Positions 6,759-13,006 of a stretch of DNA of 14,315 nt are shown in pieces (positions within the stretch are counted from its first letter, which is position 1; every line of letters begins with the position of its first letter). Where the stretch lies: the NCBI GenBank assembly GCA_031409655.1, contig JANNXQ010000231.1, positions 1-14,315 of the forward strand, read 5' to 3'. The notes beneath the pieces were generated by a model. It was not told where the DNA came from. It ran no database searches and saw only the letters and a list, made by a program, of their open reading frames with translations. The position numbers and the translations under genes are program-made. Source of the DNA: Chthoniobacteraceae bacterium. GTDB lineage: Bacteria; Verrucomicrobiota; Verrucomicrobiia; Chthoniobacterales; Chthoniobacteraceae.

Positions 6759-9041
6759 GCGAATCGAAGCCCAAACCACGGAGGTCCCCACGACGCCGCA
6801 CAGATAGGCCCAGAGCGGCAAGCCGCGATGGTCCGGCGGTTTGCCCGCTTCGCCGCTCGCGGGCAAATCGTCCGGTTTCGCCGGGTCGATTTTCCCTGCC
6901 TGCTCAAGCGCTGCCGCCGCGCCCGCCAGTTCGCGCTCCCACACTTGCCACTCCGGCGAATCCTTCGCCATCCTGCCACCGGTCGAAATGGTGACGATCG
7001 ACTGTGCGGGCTGGTCGGTGCCGAGGATCTGGAAGGCGAGATGCGGCGAGATGTGCCGCAAGCCGAACGGAGTCATCTGCCAGCGGGCGAAGATCGAGGG
7101 CTTCCACGCACTGGCGATCTCGAGCTGCGCGATCGGTTTGCCTTGCGGCACGGTGTCGAAAACCCAGCGCGAAACATCGCCGGTCGCGTGGCCGCTGGCC
7201 TGCGCCCATTGCGTCACGGCGGCATCGACTTGCTCCACCGTGGCGGCGAGCGTGAGGCGCTTCGTCGGTGCCTCGACGACCGTGCCGCCGGGTTGGAAAT
7301 CCCAGATCACATGCAACGTGCCATACGCGACCACCGTGCTGGCAACGACGAGGGCGGTCAGGGCCGCGGCCGGGCGGTAGCCGGCGCGGAAGTTCCAGCG
7401 CCAGATCGAGATATCCTCCGCGGCGAAATATTGCTGCGCGAGCAGGAACACCACGAGGGCCGCGGCCAGCAGGATAGAGGCGACATACCATGAGTTCAGA
7501 TGGTTGAGCGAGGGACTGCCAGCCCACAGGCTCAGGTTCCAACTGTAGCGGCCATCACGGCGGGAAAGCTCGGTCGTCGGCACGGTTTCCTTGAAGGCGT
7601 CGAGCTGGCGGATGAGCTGGTGCTCCTTGCCCTCGTGCCGGGCCTCGAACTCCGCCGCAGACACGACTACCGCGTTCCAGCGGCGCGGTGATGCTTCCCA
7701 CTGCACCATGATCGCGCTGAGGAGGTAGAAGAAGCTGAGCGTGGCCGAGATGATGTAGCTGCCGTGGAAGATGATCCGCTTCGACGTCGTGGCGCTCTCC
7801 CACGCGGCGCGCCAGCGCGGGTTGCGCCGCGCGCGGCGGAGCACGATCTCCGCGAAGATGCCGGCCATGAGCAACACGCCCGCGACGCAGCCGGGCGTCT
7901 CGAGATTCCACAGCAGCCCGACGACGACCCACCCGAGCAGCAGCGCGCCAAAGGCCCGCGGCCAATCGAAGCCTGGCGCGGGCTGGGCCGGCGGAGCGGC
8001 GGGCGCGGCCACCGGCTGGGGCGTGCTCGTCACCGTTTCCACCGCCGTCCGCACCTCGCTCGCGTGCTGGTAGCGGCGCTCGACGTCGCGTTCGAGCGCG
8101 TGGAGCACGATCTCGTCGAGCTTCACGTCGATCTGCACCTTCTCGCTCGGCGGGGCGAAGCGGCCCATCGGGACTTCGCCGGTGAGCATCTCGTAGAAGA
8201 CCACGCCAAGACTGTAGATGTCGGCGCGGTGATCGACGGTCTCGGGCCGGTCGAGCTGCTCGGGGGCCATGTAGCGCGGCGTGCCGAGAGTCATGCCAGT
8301 GCCGGTGAGGGTGTGATCGGCCTGGTCGCGGCGGAGCAGCTTGGCGAGGCCGAAGTCGGCGATCTTCACCCGGCCGCGTTTGTCGATGAGGATGTTCTCC
8401 GGCTTGATGTCGCGGTGGACGACGCCTTCCTCGTGCGCGAATTGCAGCGCGTCGCAGATCTTCGGGACCACGGCGAGCGCCTCCTGCGGCGTCATCCGGC
8501 GCGCGCGTTGCACCTCGCGGAGATTCGCGCCATCCACGAATTCCATTGCGAGGAAGTAGAGCCCGCCGCTCTCGCCGAATTCGTGGACGCCGACGATGTT
8601 CGGGTGGCTGAGCTTGGCCAGCGAGCGGGCCTCGCGGCGGAAGCGCTCGACGAAATCCGGCGTGAGCGCATCGACCGGCGGGAGGATTTTCAGCGCGACG
8701 ATGCGATCGAGATTCACCTGCCGGGCCTGATAAACCACGCCCATGCCGCCGCGTCCGAGGAGCTTGAGGATCTCAAATTGCGGCAACCGGCGCGCGACCT
8801 CCGCGGGGTCGCCGATGTCGGGCAGGAGCGCAGACGTCCCGTCTGTGGGGCCCGCGGGCGTCCCGCCGGCCAGTGCGGGCGAGACGCCCGCCTGCCCCAC
8901 AGCCGGGGACGGCTGTGCTCCGTCGCTTTCCTTGATCGCCACGCTGAGCAGGCAGCGCGCACAGAGCCCCTCGGCGGCGTCGCTGACCATCGGCTGACCG
9001 CATTGCTTGCAGTTTTTCATGGGGGACTCGGGTGCATTCAT
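6732..9041 (-). CDS. Hanks-type Ser/Thr protein kinase with N-terminal Zn-ribbon and multi-TM C-terminal sensor region (769 aa; alternative start ATG 9020)
   Basis: N-terminus CKQCGQPMVSDAAEGLCARCLL. Kinase motifs: LGRGGMGVVY, VALK, HRDIKPEN, KIADFGLAK, GTPRYMAPEQ, DIYSLG. Several hydrophobic segments follow the kinase domain. It lies directly downstream of the ECF sigma gene. Confidence 0.95.
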   Translation of the reverse strand: MNAPESPMKNCKQCGQPMVSDAAEGLCARCLLSVAIKESDGAQPSPAVGQAGVSPALAGGTPAGPTDGTSALLPDIGDPAEVARRLPQFEILKLLGRGGMGVVYQARQVNLDRIVALKILPPVDALTPDFVERFRREARSLAKLSHPNIVGVHEFGESGGLYFLAMEFVDGANLREVQRARRMTPQEALAVVPKICDALQFAHEEGVVHRDIKPENILIDKRGRVKIADFGLAKLLRRDQADHTLTGTGMTLGTPRYMAPEQLDRPETVDHRADIYSLGVVFYEMLTGEVPMGRFAPPSEKVQIDVKLDEIVLHALERDVERRYQHASEVRTAVETVTSTPQPVAAPAAPPAQPAPGFDWPRAFGALLLGWVVVGLLWNLETPGCVAGVLLMAGIFAEIVLRRARRNPRWRAAWESATTSKRIIFHGSYIISATLSFFYLLSAIMVQWEASPRRWNAVVVSAAEFEARHEGKEHQLIRQLDAFKETVPTTELSRRDGRYSWNLSLWAGSPSLNHLNSWYVASILLAAALVVFLLAQQYFAAEDISIWRWNFRAGYRPAAALTALVVASTVVAYGTLHVIWDFQPGGTVVEAPTKRLTLAATVEQVDAAVTQWAQASGHATGDVSRWVFDTVPQGKPIAQLEIASAWKPSIFARWQMTPFGLRHISPHLAFQILGTDQPAQSIVTISTGGRMAKDSPEWQVWERELAGAAAALEQAGKIDPAKPDDLPASGEAGKPPDHRGLPLWAYLCGVVGTSVVWASIRVTFARRSF
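8825..8921. repeat. 97-bp nested palindromic REP-like element inside the kinase 1 coding sequence
   Basis: Outer arms GGAGCGCAG (8825-8833) and CTGTGCTCC (8913-8921). Four internal hairpins: CAGACG-tcc-CGTCTG, GCGGGCG-tcc-CGCCGGC, GCGGGCG-aga-CGCCCGC, CACAGCCG-ggga-CGGCTGTG. TGTGGGG (8844-8850) can also pair with CCCCACA (8895-8901). Confidence 0.75.
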
Positions 9042-9050
9042 CTCACCCTG

Positions 9051-9078
9051 TTCAGAAGAAATCCCGCCGAAAGGTTAC
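9051..9078 (-). promoter_or_regulatory. Putative ECF sigma promoter (-35 GTAACC, 16-nt spacer, -10 TCTGAA) upstream of kinase 1
   Basis: Minus strand reads cGTAACCtttcggcgggatttctTCTGAAcaggg, in the gap between the sigma stop (9088) and the kinase ATG (9041). The AAC in the -35 box and the 16-nt spacer are typical of ECF promoters. It is duplicated at 6731-6758. Confidence 0.7.
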
Positions 9079-9087
9079 GGGATATTT

Positions 9088-9804
9088 TCACCCGCTGAGC
9101 GCGGCCAGCAGGTGGCAGAGCTCATCTTCGACCTCGGCGGGCGTGGCGACGGTCTCGGCGATCTCGGCGCGGATGAGATCGCGGTAGCGCTCGCGCAGCC
9201 GATGCACCGCGACCTTCACCGCGCCTTCGCTCATGCCGAGCTTGGCCGCGACATCCGCGTAAGGAGTCTTGTCGCCGGTGAGGCAAAACTTGAGCGCGTC
9301 AAAGTGCCCGACCTTTCCCGCCGCACTCATCTCCGCGCGCAGTCGTGCCAGCACTTGATCCAGAAGCGTGAGCGCCCAGCGGCGGTCGTAAAGTTTCTCC
9401 GCGGTCGCGGTGTCCGCGGGCTCGTGGCGGAAGCGCGATTCGGCGGACATGGCGTCGAAGGAAAGGGTCGCCACGCCGCCGCCGCGTTTCTTTGCGCGGC
9501 TGCGGTCCCATTCGTTGGCGAGGAAATGTTTCATCGACGCGAGCAACCACGAACGGAAGCGCCCACGCTCGCGCTCGACGCCGCCGAGCCAGCCTTTCTC
9601 AAGCAGGCGCGCAAAGAATTCCTGGGTGAGATCCTGCGCGTCGTGTTCGCCGAGACCCTGCCGCCGGACGAAGGCGTAGAGCGGATACCAATAACTGCGG
9701 CAGAGCGTGGCGAGCGCGGCGTTCCCCTCGGCCTCGGTCGGCGCGCGGGCGGCGAGGACGATGCTCCAGCGCGTGGTGGCAAAGGAGCGCGGGGCGGAAG
9801 CCAT
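9088..9804 (-). CDS. ECF-type RNA polymerase sigma-70 factor (~238 aa), STK-associated type
   Basis: Start reassigned to ATG 9804 (MASAPRSFATTRWS), matching the paralogue at 1-348. Region 2: YWYPLYAFVRR, DAQDLTQEFF, GRFRSWL. Region 4 HTH: PYADVAAKLGMSEGAVKVAVHRLRERY. Confidence 0.95.
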   Translation of the reverse strand: MASAPRSFATTRWSIVLAARAPTEAEGNAALATLCRSYWYPLYAFVRRQGLGEHDAQDLTQEFFARLLEKGWLGGVERERGRFRSWLLASMKHFLANEWDRSRAKKRGGGVATLSFDAMSAESRFRHEPADTATAEKLYDRRWALTLLDQVLARLRAEMSAAGKVGHFDALKFCLTGDKTPYADVAAKLGMSEGAVKVAVHRLRERYRDLIRAEIAETVATPAEVEDELCHLLAALSG

Positions 9805-9918
9805 GCGCGGAGCGTAGCCAGGCCCATGGCGCTTGCCCAGCGCAGCTTTGGCGGACTTGGTCCCACAAATGTTCCTACCCCGCCCATTTTGAATCCGTAA
9901 ATACCTCATAACAAAAGA

Positions 9919-9943
9919 GGTGGAGGCGAGGGGAGTCGAACCC
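9919..9943 (-). mobile_element. Probable att site: isolated 3' end of tmRNA (ssrA), or alternatively of tRNA-Ala
   Basis: Minus strand GGGTTCGACTCCCCTCGCCTCCACC contains a T-loop (TTCGACT), the T-stem 3' strand CCCCT, the acceptor 3' strand CGCCTCC (implying G3:U70 Ala identity with a 5' GGGGGCG), discriminator A and CC. The upstream sequence (GCGGG) breaks the T-stem, and no 5' half of the RNA is seen nearby. Confidence 0.75.
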
Positions 9944-10358
9944 GCGCGGACCGATACAAACCGCGCTATCTGATGCGGTGCATCAGAGTAAATTGATTTT
10001 GGTCATCATCCAGTGCGGTTTGGTTGCGCGGTTTTTGTCACGGATTGTCACACGAAATTTGATCGGCGCTGCGAGCGGAAGAAAGGAAAGCGATAGAATC
10101 CTCAACTATGATCGGAGCGGGACAAAAGGAGCTTTTGGATTAGTACAATGTCGCTGCTCGATTCGCACCTCGAGGTGCTGCGGTCGGCGCTCCGTGAGAC
10201 AGCTGAGCGCATGGACTTCGCCCGCAGCCCAATGGCTTGTCGAGAAAGCCATCGCCGCTACCGAGCACATCGAGAGTATCGTGATGCATGAGGAAACGAA
10301 ATCCAGCAGGGTATTGATTCGCCAAGCTGCTCGATGAACGCAATTCGCTTCCCCTCGC

Positions 10359-12689
10359 TCAAGTTTTTCGCGTTGAATCAAAAGCGGGCGCGCTGTCGTC
10401 ACGGATCGTGTAGCCGACGGCCTCGTAGCCGCGGCGGCGTTTGTCGAACATCCGCGAGAGCATGGGCACTGCGCCGTCGATGTAGTCATGAACTCGAACC
10501 TCGGTCTTGCCGGTGTGAAGGCGGTGGAGTCGGCCAACGTATTGCTGGAGCGTGCCCCGCCACGAGATGGGCAGCGCGAGAAACAGTGTATCGAGCCGAC
10601 TGTCGTCGAAGCCCTCGCCGATGTATCGACCGGTTGCAATGATGACGCGCGGTGCGTCCAGAGGGATCGCAGCCAGGTCGCTGGCGGCAGCGGCGCGAAA
10701 CTTCGCGTCCTGACCGCCTTTGAGCACGACGACGTGTGCGACCTTTCCGCGCAGCGCGTCGGCGAGTGTGTCTGCGTGCGATTTTCGCTCCGTGAGCACC
10801 AGCGGCGAGCGGCTCTCGGCGACTGCCGCGAGCACATCGCGAACGATCTGCGCGTTGCGGCGTTCGTTGGAGGTGAGTTCGGCGTAGAGTTGCTGAATGG
10901 GTAATTCGGCGCCGGGCGGAATTTGGGAACACGTCGGGCATGGAATGACGACGTGATCGAAGGGCCGTGTCGCTGCGTGCTTCCGGGCGTCCACGCGATA
11001 CCGAATCGGTCCGCACTGCATGAAGATGATGGGATGATGCCCGTCCTTTCGGATGGGTGTGGCGGTGAGACCGAGAACGAATCGCGCCTTCACGCGCCGA
11101 AGCACCGTCTCGAAGCTGAAAGCGGAAAGGTGATGGCATTCATCCACGATGACGTGACCGTAATCGCCGACAAAATCGGGCACCTCACCTTTGCGGCTGA
11201 GGCTTTGCAGCAACGCGATATCGACGCTGCCGGTCGGCGACTTTTTCCCGCCGGCGATGACGCCGATAGCCTTCAAGTCGATCCTCAGGAAAACCGAGAG
11301 CCGCTCCCGCCACTGATCGAGCAACTGCCGCCGATGCACGAGCACGAGCGTGCTTACAGCGCGCCGCGCGATGCACTGCGCGGCGATGACCGTCTTGCCG
11401 AACGCGGTCGTCGCCGCGAGCACACCGTCGTCGTGCGCCAGCAGTGCCGCCGCCGCCGCTTCCTGCCCGTCCCGCAGTTCGCCGTGAAAACTCACGTCGA
11501 GTCGGCGCCCGCCGAATCGTTCATCCTGCACGCGGGCGGTGACGCCGTGCTCCTTCAGTAGCTCAACCACTTCAGTGAAGCATCCGCGTGGCAACCCAAT
11601 GTGGCGCTCCAGTTCCTCGCCGCAGCGAATGATGCGCGGTTTCCCGAAGGTCGAAAGCCGCATCGCTTGCGCACGATAGAACTCGGGATTTTGAAACGCC
11701 GCCAGGCTCAGCAGTCGGTTAAGCATCGCCGATGGCAGACCTTCCTTTTCCACATACACGAGGTCTCCGCGGACCACACAAACTTCGCGTGGCAGCGGTT
11801 CTTCGATGGGCGCGTCGCGTTTGCGTCGCGATGGCGGCCAGAGCCACGGGTCTTCGCCATCGCTTTCGTCGGTGAGCGCCAGCCGCAGGCCGATTACACC
11901 GCCCGCCCGCTCCGCTTCGGCGACAACGCTTACCACTTTCTCCATTGCCACGCACGGAATCCCCGAGAGAAATGCCCATTGGTCGTCGAATGGAACGAAG
12001 TTCTCGTTGAGGAACACGCTATTGCCCTCCTGTCGCGGCGCATGTTGGAGCGGCAGGGCGATGAGGTTTCCGAAGCCACCGCGCGGCATGGTGTCCTGAT
12101 TCGGGAAAAAGCGGTCATACGAATCCAGGCCGACTTGATGCCGCCGTTCCATCGCGCGCGTGAGCACCGCCGCGCCGAGTTTGCGAGCCAGCACTGCCGG
12201 GATCGCTTCGGCGAAAAATATCCACACATGTCCTCCGCGCCCGGAGCGCGAACGCTCTATCGCTGCGGCGACACCCCATTCGTTACACACGCCGAGAAAT
12301 GTGCGGGCGTCGTCCTGCCATCCGGTCTTGTCGAAATCCGCCCCGAGAAACCAGCATGTCTCATCAGACAGCAGAGGATACACGCCGATCGTCTGCCGGC
12401 CCGTAAGATGTGCGATAATGTCGTCGTCTGTTAGCGGCAGAAACGTCCGGGCCGGGCGCCCCTTGGCGTCAAGACTCGACCAATCTTTGTGTGCTGCCGG
12501 CGAGTAACCCGCCTTCCCATCCTTCCCAATCCATTGCACTGCGAACACGTCGTCACGTCCACGAAACAGCGCGCGGAACAGTGAAACCTTTGAAGCTGCT
12601 GGGGAGCCGTTCGTAAGTGGGCCAGCGAGGCGTGCGGGCATCGGGTCCGGCGCAACTGCGGGACCGGACTCGACCGCCGCTGTCTGCAT
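10359..12689 (-). CDS. AEP primase-like (TOTE conflict system-type) domain fused to an SF2 DExH-box (ResIII/XPB-like) helicase
   Basis: N-terminal AEP motifs: FRGRDDVFA, IGVYPLL...FLGADFD (DxD), ERSRSGRGGHVWIFF, DRFFPNQD...GNLIALPLQ. Helicase motifs: LRDGQ, ATTAFGKT, IVDECHH, GLTATP, GEGFD, QYVGRLHR. The ancestral start is probably GTG 12818 (see findings). Confidence 0.9.
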   Translation of the reverse strand: MQTAAVESGPAVAPDPMPARLAGPLTNGSPAASKVSLFRALFRGRDDVFAVQWIGKDGKAGYSPAAHKDWSSLDAKGRPARTFLPLTDDDIIAHLTGRQTIGVYPLLSDETCWFLGADFDKTGWQDDARTFLGVCNEWGVAAAIERSRSGRGGHVWIFFAEAIPAVLARKLGAAVLTRAMERRHQVGLDSYDRFFPNQDTMPRGGFGNLIALPLQHAPRQEGNSVFLNENFVPFDDQWAFLSGIPCVAMEKVVSVVAEAERAGGVIGLRLALTDESDGEDPWLWPPSRRKRDAPIEEPLPREVCVVRGDLVYVEKEGLPSAMLNRLLSLAAFQNPEFYRAQAMRLSTFGKPRIIRCGEELERHIGLPRGCFTEVVELLKEHGVTARVQDERFGGRRLDVSFHGELRDGQEAAAAALLAHDDGVLAATTAFGKTVIAAQCIARRAVSTLVLVHRRQLLDQWRERLSVFLRIDLKAIGVIAGGKKSPTGSVDIALLQSLSRKGEVPDFVGDYGHVIVDECHHLSAFSFETVLRRVKARFVLGLTATPIRKDGHHPIIFMQCGPIRYRVDARKHAATRPFDHVVIPCPTCSQIPPGAELPIQQLYAELTSNERRNAQIVRDVLAAVAESRSPLVLTERKSHADTLADALRGKVAHVVVLKGGQDAKFRAAAASDLAAIPLDAPRVIIATGRYIGEGFDDSRLDTLFLALPISWRGTLQQYVGRLHRLHTGKTEVRVHDYIDGAVPMLSRMFDKRRRGYEAVGYTIRDDSAPAFDSTRKT

Positions 12690-12704
12690 TCCTAAGCGTC
12701 GCCG

Positions 12705-12818
12705 CTATTCCTCATTCTCACGCTGCAAGCGTGCGCACTCCACGGCGAGTTCGGAGACGCGTGAGCGAAGTGCTTCATCGCTGCCGATTGCGAAAATATC
12801 GTCGGAGTTGGGAGTCAC
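12705..12818 (-). pseudogene. In-frame N-terminal coiled-coil segment of the primase-helicase, cut off by TAG at 12707-12705
   Basis: GTG 12818 gives MTPNSDDIFAIGSDEALRSRVSELAVECARLQRENEE*RRRLG-MQTAAV, in the same frame as the 12689 ORF. Confidence 0.6.
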
Positions 12819-12953
12819 GAATCAAGAGATGCTTCTGTCCCTAAGCCGACGCTCACGGAGCTTGCGAGCATAGAGATTGGTCCTCGTTGCGCAATGAACC
12901 AGACAACTCAGGAAATGCTGGAGCAGGGAAGCGTTGACTGAAACACGAAGCGC

Positions 12954-12989
12954 CACTATTTCAATCCACAGCTATTTATTGAAATAGTG
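12954..12989. promoter_or_regulatory. Perfect 12-bp inverted repeat, operator-like, upstream of the Fic gene
   Basis: CACTATTTCAAT (12954-12965), 12-nt spacer, ATTGAAATAGTG (12978-12989). An extra TATTTCA core lies at 12998-13004, just before the GTG start. Confidence 0.65.
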
Positions 12990-13006
12990 CCATTCCTTAT
13001 TTCACC

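Noticed and set aside
638..9098. Long plus-strand ORFs (638-1639, 2381-3856, 4120-5706, 7764-9098)
   Set aside because: They lie antisense to well-supported genes, have Arg/Ala/Gly-rich composition with no motifs, and are typical high-GC shadow ORFs.
9919..10000. Complete tRNA gene
   Set aside because: Only the T-loop and acceptor 3' strand are present. The T-stem 5' side is mismatched, and there is no D arm, anticodon arm or GGGGGCG 5' strand.
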